NCBI GenBank assembly: GCA_038108555.1
Contig: JAYNIA010000007.1
Location: 15,903-69,737, forward strand
Reading direction: 5' to 3'
DNA length: 53,835 nt
Source: Nitrospinota bacterium
Lineage (GTDB): Bacteria > Nitrospinota > Nitrospinia > Nitrospinales > VA-1
The notes beneath the pieces are model-generated. The model was not told where the DNA came from and did no database searches. It worked only from the letters and a program-made list of their open reading frames with translations. Positions 20,447 through 29,939 of this stretch are shown piece after piece (the stretch's first letter is position 1; every line of letters begins with the position of its first letter). Both the position numbers and the translations under genes were made by a program.

Positions 20447-21085
20447 ATGCTCAAAATAAATGAAATCTATTTAAGTGTTCAAGGAGAATCAAGCCATACT
20501 GGCCTTCCTTGTATTTTCGTAAGATTGACCGGTTGCAATCTTCGATGCTCCTGGTGCGACACTGCTCATGCTTTTTATGAAGGAAAAAAAATGAGCATTG
20601 ACGAGGCAATTCAAGAGGTAGAAAAATTTGGAATCAAACTGGTGGAAGTAACCGGCGGTGAACCCTTGATGCAGGAAAACGTTTTTCCTTTCATGCAAAA
20701 GCTTCTGGATAAGGACTATAAGGTGATGCTGGAAACCGGCGGTTCCCTTTCCCTGGAAAAAGTTCCCGAAAAAGTTATCAAGATAATGGATTTAAAATGC
20801 CCGGGAAGCGGAGAGCAGGAAAAAAATAATTTCGATAATTTAAAATTCCTGTCTTCCCACGATGAGGTCAAATTCGTTATTCTCGACCGAAAAGATTATG
20901 AATGGAGTCGCGAAACTATAAACAAATATAAAATTAGCGAAACTTCACAGGTTTTACTCTCTCCCGTTTTTGACAAATTGGAATTAAAAGAATTAACGAA
21001 ATGGATTCTTGAAGACAGGCTTCACGTCCGATTGCAAACCCAACTCCACAAAATTATCTGGGATAAAAACACAATAGGCGTCTAG
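20447..21085 (+). CDS. queE: 7-carboxy-7-deazaguanine synthase (radical SAM)
   Basis: SVQGES, FVRLTGCNLRCSWCDT, TGGEP and QLHKIIW motifs. Confidence 0.93.
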   Translation: MLKINEIYLSVQGESSHTGLPCIFVRLTGCNLRCSWCDTAHAFYEGKKMSIDEAIQEVEKFGIKLVEVTGGEPLMQENVFPFMQKLLDKDYKVMLETGGSLSLEKVPEKVIKIMDLKCPGSGEQEKNNFDNLKFLSSHDEVKFVILDRKDYEWSRETINKYKISETSQVLLSPVFDKLELKELTKWILEDRLHVRLQTQLHKIIWDKNTIGV

Positions 21086-21141
21086 GCCAAACCAACGCGG
21101 AAAAAAGATTCCTCCCATATAAATAAAAAAATTTTTTCATC

Positions 21142-22215
21142 ATGCTCTCCGCTGCCAACATAAAAAAGACCCAAACACGCCTCTTAAAATGGTATCACCG
21201 GCAAAAAAGGGAAATGCCGTGGCGGGAAAACCGGAATCCGTATCGAATCTTTGTTTCGGAATTTATGCTGCAACAAACCCAGGTCAAAACCGTAATCCCC
21301 TATTTTAATAAATGGATGAAATCATTTCCGACCGTTAAAAAATTAGCTGCGGCCAGCGAATCGAAGGTGCTCAAACATTGGGAAGGGCTGGGCTACTACT
21401 CTCGGGCACGCAACCTTTTAAAATCTGCTAAGCAGATCCAAAAAAGCTTTGATGGAAAGGTTCCCAATTCGTTTGATGAAATAATGGAACTGCCCGGAGT
21501 CGGCCGCTATACCGCAGGAGCCGTATTGAGCATCGCCTTTGACAAAAAAGTTCCCGTACTGGATGGGAATGTGAAGCGGGTTCTATCCCGATTGATGCTG
21601 TTAAAGGAAAATGGAAGCAATCAAAAATCTGAGACACGGCTTTGGATGGCCATGGAAAACTTGCTTCCTGAAAAGAATTGCGGGGATTTCAATCAAGCTT
21701 TTATGGAACTCGGCGCAACAGTTTGCCTTCCTCAAAATCCTTTGTGTAAAGAGTGCCCCCTAAAACAACTGTGCGAGGCAAAAAAATCAGGCAAGCAGGA
21801 ATTGTTTCCCCCACCCAAGGCCAGCACAACCATTTCTAAAATTCAGCTATCCGCCGCAGTAATATTCAAAAAAGACAGCGTATACATTCAGAAACGAAAA
21901 GCAGGTGGTTTAATGGGAGGCCTTTGGGAATTCCCGGGGGGAAAAATGGAAAAAGGTGAAACTGAGATTGAATGTTTGCGAAGGGAAATTAAAGAAGAAC
22001 TGGGAATAAACATTCGAGTTGGAGAAAAGTTAGTGACCCACCGGCATAGCTACACCCGCTTTCGGGTCACTCTAAATGTTTTTAATTGCAAAATACACTC
22101 TGGGAAACTGGATCCCAAACAATGTGATGATTGGAAATGGGTTAAGCCCGAAGAGCTCGACCAATTTCCCTTTCCAGCAGCAAATGTTAAAATTATTAAG
22201 CTTCTTAACAAATAA
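21142..22215 (+). CDS. mutY: A/G-specific adenine glycosylase with C-terminal Nudix domain
   Basis: SEFMLQQT, WEGLGYYSRARN, LPGVGRYTA and FeS motif C..C..C..C; complete Nudix box. Confidence 0.95.
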   Translation: MLSAANIKKTQTRLLKWYHRQKREMPWRENRNPYRIFVSEFMLQQTQVKTVIPYFNKWMKSFPTVKKLAAASESKVLKHWEGLGYYSRARNLLKSAKQIQKSFDGKVPNSFDEIMELPGVGRYTAGAVLSIAFDKKVPVLDGNVKRVLSRLMLLKENGSNQKSETRLWMAMENLLPEKNCGDFNQAFMELGATVCLPQNPLCKECPLKQLCEAKKSGKQELFPPPKASTTISKIQLSAAVIFKKDSVYIQKRKAGGLMGGLWEFPGGKMEKGETEIECLRREIKEELGINIRVGEKLVTHRHSYTRFRVTLNVFNCKIHSGKLDPKQCDDWKWVKPEELDQFPFPAANVKIIKLLNK

Positions 22216-22227
22216 ATCCCAATATTC

Positions 22228-23367
22228 ATGACACCTGGAACAAAAGCCATTGCCATAGGAGTTGCTGCAAACCTTTTGCTCTCCTTAATCAAATTTGTTG
22301 GAGGCTTTTTTGGCAATAGCATGGCCCTTGTTGCAGATGCATTTCATTCGCTTTCGGACCTTATCACCGATGCAGTTGTATATTTTTCCCATGGGGTTGG
22401 CCGTTTACCCCCGGATAAAAATCATCCCTACGGACATGGTCGTGCAGAGACCATCGGAACAACTGTTGTAGGAATCCTCATTATATTCACTGGCTTCGGA
22501 GTGATTTATGAATCCTGGGAAACATTAAGCCAGCCTCTGAAGAAGTTTCCCGGGGCTTTGGCTACGAGTATTGCCTTAGCCTCCATCCTGATTAACGAAG
22601 GTCTATACCAATACACTCTTAAAATTGGAGAAAAGGAAAAAAGCCCTTCTTTAAAAGCAAATGCCTGGCATCATCGGACAGATGCCATTTCATCTGTTGC
22701 AGCCCTGATCGGCATCATTGGTGCCTGGAATGGGTATGCCCTAATGGACCCACTTGCTGCGGGATTGGTTGGATTGATGGTCTGTAAAGTCGGTTTTGAT
22801 TTTGCAAGCCAGGGTTTTCGCGACTTGATGGACACGGCTTTAAGCGATGAAAAAACCGAGAAAGTTTTGAACATTCTTAACGGCATACCTGAAATACTCC
22901 ATTTTCACGATCTGCGATCGCGCACGATTGGAGGAGAAGTTTTAATTGATGTCCACATCCAGGTGGACCCTGAACTGACCGTTACCGAAGGCCACCAAAT
23001 AGCCGAGGTTGCAAGAGTGAACATTATAAAAGCCTTTAACAATGTGCAAGACGTTTTAGTACATGTAGATGGGGAGAGGGACACAGAAGTTCAAAACTTA
23101 TACACTGCTACCCGAAAAGAAATCAGGGAAATTATAAAACCTATTATTGAAAAACTGGAAGGCACCAGCCCCGACCCTGAAATTCGCACCCATTTTATTA
23201 AGGGAAAAGTTTTAGTGGATGTCTATTTGCAGTTGGAACGCGATCAAAATATAGAACAGGCGCAAAAGCTGATGAGAGAATTTAAATCCAGGTTGGAAGA
23301 AAAATCTCAAATCGACAAGGCAAGAATTTTTCTGGATTTGAATCGTGAATTCAGGAAACCGGATTAA
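22228..23367 (+). CDS. Cation diffusion facilitator transporter (FieF-like) with C-terminal extension
   Basis: ADAFHSLSD, HPYGHGRAE and NAWHHRTD motifs. Confidence 0.9.
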   Translation: MTPGTKAIAIGVAANLLLSLIKFVGGFFGNSMALVADAFHSLSDLITDAVVYFSHGVGRLPPDKNHPYGHGRAETIGTTVVGILIIFTGFGVIYESWETLSQPLKKFPGALATSIALASILINEGLYQYTLKIGEKEKSPSLKANAWHHRTDAISSVAALIGIIGAWNGYALMDPLAAGLVGLMVCKVGFDFASQGFRDLMDTALSDEKTEKVLNILNGIPEILHFHDLRSRTIGGEVLIDVHIQVDPELTVTEGHQIAEVARVNIIKAFNNVQDVLVHVDGERDTEVQNLYTATRKEIREIIKPIIEKLEGTSPDPEIRTHFIKGKVLVDVYLQLERDQNIEQAQKLMREFKSRLEEKSQIDKARIFLDLNREFRKPD

Positions 23368-24461
23368 CTTTCCACGGACATTTTTTTAAGGATATCCCCA
23401 TCCCATTCATATTTCAGTCGGGGTCGCCCTTTATACAATCCTTTTTGAAAAGCATGACCATAGATCAAGGGTAAGGACACACTGGGCTCAACAAACGCCA
23501 TGCAATGGTTTGCTTTTTTATTGACCTTACCCCAGGATTGAGCCTCACCCAGAGTACTTCCACTCAATCCTCCCCAATGCGGTGAATCGGTAGTGACCTG
23601 CACCGCGTATTTGTGGCCTCCCGTGTCTTTCCCAAATATATAGGCCATCACAATGGAGTCATTAATATAATTCTTGGGAACCCCGCCAGCGACATAAAAA
23701 GCCGCTGTTCGGGATGAATTGACCACGATCTGGGTTAGTTCATAATTGTCTCGGATAGAATCTATTGCGATCGGCTGGCGTCCTTCTTTCCGAGAATTGT
23801 AATAATGCTCGGTCAATCCAATACCAATACTGGAATCATTGAGTGCCGGGCAAAAAACAGGAATATTATTCTTGCGGGCAGTCACGAGAATAGAATCTTC
23901 ATCATCGATGGTCTCAGAAAGCAGGGAGATAAATTCGCGGCTGGAATAGTTCCTCGGTTCCAGTTTATCAGCAAACTTGCCAATCAACGTATCATCTTCG
24001 CAGAATAGTTCTTCATCCACGTAGGTATCATATATACGATTGATAAACAGCTCGCGAAGCTTTGTGTCATCGGCAGTGGGGCTGCCATAATAATGACCGC
24101 CTCCCAAAGCGTTGTAATAATCCTGATAAAGAACCGCACCAGTGGAAACGATGACATCCACCATATTGTTATGAACCATATCGCGAATGACCTTTCTTAA
24201 TCCCGCAGCAATCAGGGGTCCCGCCAGTCCCAGCATTATTGTCGGGCGTTCTTCATCCTGAAGCATTCTTCCAAAAATCTGCGCACATTGGCCCAGGTTC
24301 CTCGCCTGAATTGAGGCGGACTGGTAAGAATCTACCAGGTCCCCCACATCGTTTATTGACTCAAAATCTACAGGAGAAATCCGTGTTTTCAGAATTTCTT
24401 TTTTCTTCTTCTTTTTTCCATCATCGAGAGGTTCAGGAATCAGGGAATCCTTATAGGCCAT
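23364..24461 (-). CDS. Deoxyhypusine synthase-like protein
   Basis: IVSTGA, FCPALNDSSIG, GGVPKN and GGLSGSTLGEAQSWGK (catalytic Lys motif). Confidence 0.9.
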   Translation of the reverse strand: MAYKDSLIPEPLDDGKKKKKKEILKTRISPVDFESINDVGDLVDSYQSASIQARNLGQCAQIFGRMLQDEERPTIMLGLAGPLIAAGLRKVIRDMVHNNMVDVIVSTGAVLYQDYYNALGGGHYYGSPTADDTKLRELFINRIYDTYVDEELFCEDDTLIGKFADKLEPRNYSSREFISLLSETIDDEDSILVTARKNNIPVFCPALNDSSIGIGLTEHYYNSRKEGRQPIAIDSIRDNYELTQIVVNSSRTAAFYVAGGVPKNYINDSIVMAYIFGKDTGGHKYAVQVTTDSPHWGGLSGSTLGEAQSWGKVNKKANHCMAFVEPSVSLPLIYGHAFQKGLYKGRPRLKYEWDGDILKKMSVES

Positions 24462-24494
24462 CGGTCACTCCGTCACAATAAACATAAAGTTTCT

Positions 24495-24932
24495 TTAATA
24501 TCGGGAACACAAATCATTGGAATGGTTTTGAGTATCGACGCTTTCAATACTTTCCAAAATTTTCCCATCTTCTCCAATCACATAGCTTATCCGTGCAGCA
24601 TACTCTTCTTCCTTGCTCTTAACCGCATGATAACTCAAAGCAATTTCCCGGTTTACATCGCACAACAAGGGATATGGGAAAGAGAACTTTTCAGCAAAAG
24701 CTTTATTATCATTTTCATTGTCCAAACTAACTCCAAAAATTTGAATTCCCTTTTCCTCAAATTTTTTATAGTCATCCCGGAAGCCTTTGCCCTCTATGGT
24801 GCACCCGGGGGTATCTGCTTTAGGGTAAAACCAAAGCACAATTTTCTTTCCTCGATAATCTTTTAAATTTATTGTATTGCCATTATGATCGTTAACCGAA
24901 AATTCCGGCGCATCGGCTCCAGGTTGTAACAT
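24495..24932 (-). CDS. bcp: Peroxiredoxin, BCP/PrxQ family
   Basis: WFYPKADTPGCTIE. Confidence 0.88.
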   Translation of the reverse strand: MLQPGADAPEFSVNDHNGNTINLKDYRGKKIVLWFYPKADTPGCTIEGKGFRDDYKKFEEKGIQIFGVSLDNENDNKAFAEKFSFPYPLLCDVNREIALSYHAVKSKEEEYAARISYVIGEDGKILESIESVDTQNHSNDLCSRY

Positions 24933-25025
24933 TTTAAATCTCCTGAGTTGGACTAAGTTTTTGTATTCAAAATTTTAAGATTAGATGTTCCACTTTCTTT
25001 TTGGAAGCAAGTTTTTCCTCGCGAA

Positions 25026-25718
25026 TCAATTTCCCGAAAGCTTATTGGAAATAAAAGCTTTACTTAGCTCCAGATCTTCAGGGCGGGTGATTTTGATATT
25101 CCTTTCCGATCCTTCTACAATTTTCACGGGTTTTCCAAGATATTCGATCAGAGAACCCTCATCGGTTCCATAAAAATTATCCTTATTGGCTTTATCAAAA
25201 GCCTCTTTTAAGAGAGCATATTGGACTACCTGGGGAGTTTGCACCCTCCAAAGCCCCTCTCTCTCAATGGTTTTTGAAACCAAACCCGAAGAATTCACCC
25301 TTTTTATGGTGTCGTTCACCGGTATCGCCGTTATCGCGGCTCCATACTCTCGAGCCGCGTTGATAGATTCAGCAATCATTTTTTTGGATAGAAAAGGCCT
25401 CACACCATCATGAACCAGCACAATTTCTGTATCTGGAGAAACCTCACAAAACCCATTGAAAACAGAGTCCTGTCGTTTTTCTCCTCCAATAACTACTTTT
25501 TTCACTACTTCCGGTTTACCCAGCCAATCGGAACAGGCATTGTCATATTCTTTTTCGGGTACCACAAGAATTATTTCAGAGACCAGCCCACAATCTTGCA
25601 AGGTTTGGAGGGTGTAATAAAGAATGGGTTTTCCATTCAAATACAGAAACTGTTTTGGAACAGTTCCTCCCATTCGAGTTCCCGACCCTCCCGCCGGTAT
25701 CACTGCGCAAACACTCAT
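25026..25718 (-). CDS. ispD: 2-C-methyl-D-erythritol 4-phosphate cytidylyltransferase
   Basis: PAGGSGTRM..KQF, GGEKRQDSV, HDGVRP, QTPQ and NIKIT motifs. Confidence 0.95.
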   Translation of the reverse strand: MSVCAVIPAGGSGTRMGGTVPKQFLYLNGKPILYYTLQTLQDCGLVSEIILVVPEKEYDNACSDWLGKPEVVKKVVIGGEKRQDSVFNGFCEVSPDTEIVLVHDGVRPFLSKKMIAESINAAREYGAAITAIPVNDTIKRVNSSGLVSKTIEREGLWRVQTPQVVQYALLKEAFDKANKDNFYGTDEGSLIEYLGKPVKIVEGSERNIKITRPEDLELSKAFISNKLSGN

Positions 25719-25730
25719 TGAAGTCTTCCG

Positions 25731-27095
25731 CTAGAAAATTTGTTCGAATACTTCCGAAAGGTTTTTGGCAAATTGGATTTCAATTCCCTCAGTCAAAAGT
25801 TTCTTGGCCTTTTTTGCTGAATGAGGAACAATGCAGCGTTTGAACCCCAGCCTTTTTGCCTCCACCAGTCGGGCTTCCAATTGCATTACCGTACGAACTT
25901 CCCCCGTCAAACCAATTTCACCCAACAACACCAGCTCCGGATCAATAGGACGATTTTGAAAACTGCTGGCGATAGCCGCAGCTACCCCCAAATCCAAAGC
26001 GGGTTCGGTGATTTTAATTCCCCCGGCAAGATTGACGAATATATCTTCTCCCTGCAGGTTTAGCCCCAATCGTTTTTCCATAATCGCAATTAATAGTGAC
26101 ATACGATTGTGGTCAAACCCGGTCGCCATCCGGCGTGGCATTCCAATGGAGGACGAAGTGCTGACCAAGGCCTGCACCTCCACCAGCAGGGTTCTACTTC
26201 CTTCCAATGTTGCTACAATCGCTGAACCTGAAGAATCTTCCGGGCGTTCGGCTAAAAACCATTCCGAAGGGTTTTCCACAGGAACCAATCCTGTAGGTGC
26301 CATTTGAAATACCCCGATTTCGGGAGTGGGTCCAAACCGGTTTTTAATCGCTCTCAATGCCCTATAAGCGTGCCCTTGTTCGCCTTCAAAGTATACCACC
26401 GTGTCAACAATGTGCTCCAGAGATTTAGGACCGGCAATAGCACCATCTTTATTAATATGACCGATCAAAAGTGTCGGAAGGTTTCGATGCTTGATTTCCT
26501 GAAAAATTTTAAAGGCCACTTCCCGAACCTGGCCGATGCTACCCGGCGCGGACTGCAATTCTTCGGTATAAAAAGTTTGAACCGAATCCAGAACCAGAAC
26601 ATCGGGTCGTGTTTTATCTATCCATTGAATGATTCCTTCCACACAAATTTCAGAACAAATTAAAAGATTTTCAGATAGAGCATTCAAACGTTCCGCCCGT
26701 AGTTTGATCTGCGAACCCGATTCCTCTCCAGAAACATAAAGGATTTTTTTACCCTGCCTGGCAAGATGCCCCATACTTTGCAGGGTTAAAGTAGATTTTC
26801 CGATCCCCGGTTCGCCGCCAATGAGAATGAGAGAACCCTCCACCATTCCTCCTCCCAACACCCGGTCGAACTCGCCGATTCCAGTGGTTACACGATTCTC
26901 CTGAACCGATTGAACCTGGGTTATTTTCGAGGGGGCGGTGGATTCGGAACGGTTCCGAGATTTTAAAGATGAGGGAGACTGCTGCCGTTCTTCAGTAAAG
27001 CTGTTCCATGAGTCACATTCAGGGCATTTCCCCAGCCATTTGGAGACCTGATGGCCACATTCCTGACACACAAAAATTGTTTTTGTTTTAGCCAT
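25731..27095 (-). CDS. radA: DNA repair protein RadA/Sms
   Basis: C4 zinc finger, GEPGIGKST, KNRFG and Lon-like C-terminus. Confidence 0.97.
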   Translation of the reverse strand: MAKTKTIFVCQECGHQVSKWLGKCPECDSWNSFTEERQQSPSSLKSRNRSESTAPSKITQVQSVQENRVTTGIGEFDRVLGGGMVEGSLILIGGEPGIGKSTLTLQSMGHLARQGKKILYVSGEESGSQIKLRAERLNALSENLLICSEICVEGIIQWIDKTRPDVLVLDSVQTFYTEELQSAPGSIGQVREVAFKIFQEIKHRNLPTLLIGHINKDGAIAGPKSLEHIVDTVVYFEGEQGHAYRALRAIKNRFGPTPEIGVFQMAPTGLVPVENPSEWFLAERPEDSSGSAIVATLEGSRTLLVEVQALVSTSSSIGMPRRMATGFDHNRMSLLIAIMEKRLGLNLQGEDIFVNLAGGIKITEPALDLGVAAAIASSFQNRPIDPELVLLGEIGLTGEVRTVMQLEARLVEAKRLGFKRCIVPHSAKKAKKLLTEGIEIQFAKNLSEVFEQIF

Positions 27096-27188
27096 ATAGC
27101 AAGGGAATCACATACAAATTTTGCGATGTCGTTGTTTGGAAAGAGGCACCCCGATAGAAACTAACAGGTCGTGGGTAGGATTTTCAAA

Positions 27189-28607
27189 CTAATTTTTCGG
27201 AGAATTTGAGGAAACCGAAGAACTACCCTTTTTGATTTCTCCCAATGATTTCTTGATATCATCGTTTCGGGAGATATTCACGTTGGCTTTTCTGCGCAAA
27301 TCTGCAAGCGCTTCTTTAATGCTTTCCTGGTTTTTAATTATTCCTTCTTGCGCTTTACTGAGTCCCTTTTGAGCCTTATTCAATCCACTCTGAACTTTAA
27401 CAAACTGTCCCAATTTATCCTGCTCTGTTGCAATGGCTTTTAAAATTTCGATCAGGCGGGAAAGCTTCTCATTCGCCAAATCAATTTTGTCCAGATTGGA
27501 ATCCTCTTTCTGGGCAGATTGCCTCAATTCGTTTATCACAGATTTTTCAAGTTTGTTTGCATGGGCTGTTAGCTGTGATGAGGTTTCTATGAGCTTATTG
27601 ATTTTTTCATCTTCCAACTGGTCAAACTCTTGAGCCTTGTCCAGGGTACCCTTTAATGCCACAAGGGTTTCTCCGGAAACAGAATTTTGCTTTTGAAGTG
27701 CTTTCAAGGTCTCTGCCAGTTTGTTGATCTTTTCATCCGCCACCATCAGGTTCTTGTTATTGACAGTAATATTTTTATTGGTTGCTGTTAGGCTTTTATT
27801 GATAGCGGCAAGATTTTTATTCACCGTTGTCACATTCTTACCGATGGACTCAACCTGAGCTTTTGTATCCGCCCCTTGAATCAAATTTTCACCCAGAATT
27901 TCTATCAACTTCTGGTTTTTATTCGACAGACTTTCCAGGGCCTTATCATTGGTTTCCCGTGCGGTTGCAAGCTGTTGAAGAATAACCTTTCTATTTTCTT
28001 CATTTTCTTTGGCCATTGCAGGAATCACATCGGAAATAAAAAGCCCCCGAGTATCCTCAAAATTCTTTTTACTGGTTTCGTCCAGTGACGCCATACTTTG
28101 GGCAACTGTCTCCAGAGTATTTTTGTTGACCGAGGCAAGACTCTGGAAGTTTTCCTTGTTCACCTTCTCGAATTGCTCCATATCCTGTGCCAGTCCCTCT
28201 TTCAAATTTCTTTGGGCCTGCTTGATATTATCCAGGATTTTATTTTGTTGACTGATTTTTAACAAAACCTGGTTTTTTACTTCGGCCTCCAGATCACTCA
28301 GCTTGGATTCTAATTTATTTGCCTTTGCCAGAGATTCCGATTTATTCAATTCAACCGCTCCCTGCAATTGCGGCAGGGTTTGTTTCACTTCTTCAATTTG
28401 ACGCAAAAGGTCTTCAAGCTGGGTTCTCAGACTTGCCATTTCCTGTGTTTCCAGGTTAGACAGGCGCACATTTATTTTTTTCAGACTAATAAAAACTTTT
28501 TTCCAGTTTTCCTCGTCTGAGCCAAACAACTGAGCAGAAACCTTCTGAGGCGTTACTGCGGTCAACAAAAACACGATAAAATAAATGGATGGTTTAATGG
28601 CATTCAT
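27189..28607 (-). CDS. Exported long coiled-coil protein in the cpoB/ybgF position
   Basis: Signal peptide from ATG 28607 (MNAIKP...VSA); heptad-rich over ~430 aa; directly downstream of pal. Confidence 0.75.
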   Translation of the reverse strand: MNAIKPSIYFIVFLLTAVTPQKVSAQLFGSDEENWKKVFISLKKINVRLSNLETQEMASLRTQLEDLLRQIEEVKQTLPQLQGAVELNKSESLAKANKLESKLSDLEAEVKNQVLLKISQQNKILDNIKQAQRNLKEGLAQDMEQFEKVNKENFQSLASVNKNTLETVAQSMASLDETSKKNFEDTRGLFISDVIPAMAKENEENRKVILQQLATARETNDKALESLSNKNQKLIEILGENLIQGADTKAQVESIGKNVTTVNKNLAAINKSLTATNKNITVNNKNLMVADEKINKLAETLKALQKQNSVSGETLVALKGTLDKAQEFDQLEDEKINKLIETSSQLTAHANKLEKSVINELRQSAQKEDSNLDKIDLANEKLSRLIEILKAIATEQDKLGQFVKVQSGLNKAQKGLSKAQEGIIKNQESIKEALADLRRKANVNISRNDDIKKSLGEIKKGSSSVSSNSPKN

Positions 28608-28651
28608 AAGGCTTGTATTATTCAACACTAGATATTGAATTCTCAAGAATT

Positions 28652-28691
28652 AAAAAAAAAGGCCGCGCCGGGAACAAACCCAACGCGGCCT
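28652..28691 (-). terminator. Rho-independent terminator after pal
   Basis: AGGCCGCG...CGCGGCCT stem with a 9-nt U-tail on the minus strand. Confidence 0.8.
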
Positions 28692-28729
28692 ATTATATAC
28701 GATTCTATTACAAACCGCTTTACGCAGTT

Positions 28730-29629
28730 TTATCTTGCGACCATAAAATGCGCTCTTCTATTTTGATGCCAGCAACTTTCATTGCTGTCAAAGCAGAAAG
28801 GCTTTTCTTCACCATAACTAATCACATTAACGCGGCTGGAATCAATACCCTGTGACACCAGAAACTTCTTGGTGGAATGGGCACGACGCTCACCCAGCGC
28901 AATATTGTAATTGTTGGTTCCCCGCTCGTCACAATGTCCCTGAATCTCAATTCGCATTCCCGGATTTTTCTTCAGGAATTCAGCATTTTGTTGAAGGACT
29001 TGTTTGGAGTTGCTATCCAGATCATATTGATCGAACCTGAAATGGATGTCCTTGAGGTCTGAAGTTTCCACATAGACATTTCTTAAAGCGGCGACATCAG
29101 TACCACTCGATCCACTTCCGCCATTCATTCCAGTGCTTCCTCCGCTGGAACCATGGCCATGACCATCATTAAAACCATTTCCTCCATCGGCTCCACCACT
29201 CCCACTAAATGGGCTGCCTTCGAAAAAACCGTCAGAACCATTACCAATATTGGCCTGGCTTCCAGAACCAAAATCGCTCATGGATGAACCTGCATCCCCA
29301 CCCGGCCCTGAATTGGAAGCAAAGTTGTCGCCACCAATTCCTGTTCCACTACCGGTTCCACCACTCGTTCCATCGGTTCCCATGCTGCTGCCTGAACCCA
29401 TTCCTTCAAAAATAGGCTCTGCAGCAAAAGTACCGCCGTCACTGCCACCGGTACCTCCGATAGGTTGTTCCTCAACTGGTACTGAATCTCCCCCAGCAAC
29501 CGTAGTGGTTTCCACATCCCCTTCACTTGATGCACCTATTTCAGGTGGCATGAGTTTTTTCGAACATGCGGTTGATAAAAACAAAAGAAGAACTGCTGTG
29601 ATTACCAATTTAAAATTTACTGTATTCAT
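28730..29629 (-). CDS. pal: Peptidoglycan-associated lipoprotein with long Gly/Ser linker
   Basis: Lipobox LSTAC; OmpA-like domain GHCDERGTNNYNIALGERRA...SYGEEKP...NRRA; follows tolB. Confidence 0.92.
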   Translation of the reverse strand: MNTVNFKLVITAVLLLFLSTACSKKLMPPEIGASSEGDVETTTVAGGDSVPVEEQPIGGTGGSDGGTFAAEPIFEGMGSGSSMGTDGTSGGTGSGTGIGGDNFASNSGPGGDAGSSMSDFGSGSQANIGNGSDGFFEGSPFSGSGGADGGNGFNDGHGHGSSGGSTGMNGGSGSSGTDVAALRNVYVETSDLKDIHFRFDQYDLDSNSKQVLQQNAEFLKKNPGMRIEIQGHCDERGTNNYNIALGERRAHSTKKFLVSQGIDSSRVNVISYGEEKPFCFDSNESCWHQNRRAHFMVAR

Positions 29630-29939
29630 ATATTGACCTCGCCTAAAGTTATCCCCGAAAAATCTAAAAATTTAACTATTATTAAATTCCTTTTGAAAAA
29701 ACCTACCCAAAAGGAACTAAGCCTCAGAATTTATTATGGTTATTACTGCTTGGTATGGAAATATTATCATATAATTATGTTTAAATTACAACAAATATTA
29801 TAGGTATTGCATAAATATTACATAACTACCGATTTTCCAAAGGTTTTGATTTTAAAGCCTAAAGCTATTTTAAAGGGTATATTAAAATGGTAACGGAAAC
29901 TTTCTTATCTGACAACGTTTTTTTTCAATATTTTAACTC

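Noticed and set aside
24790..24810. Selenocysteine in the peroxiredoxin active site
   Set aside because: The codon is TGC (Cys) and the ORF is continuous.
29761..29790. Second dif-like string (TTATGTTTAAAT)
   Set aside because: Extra T in the arm and no XerC arm; more likely part of the pal promoter region.
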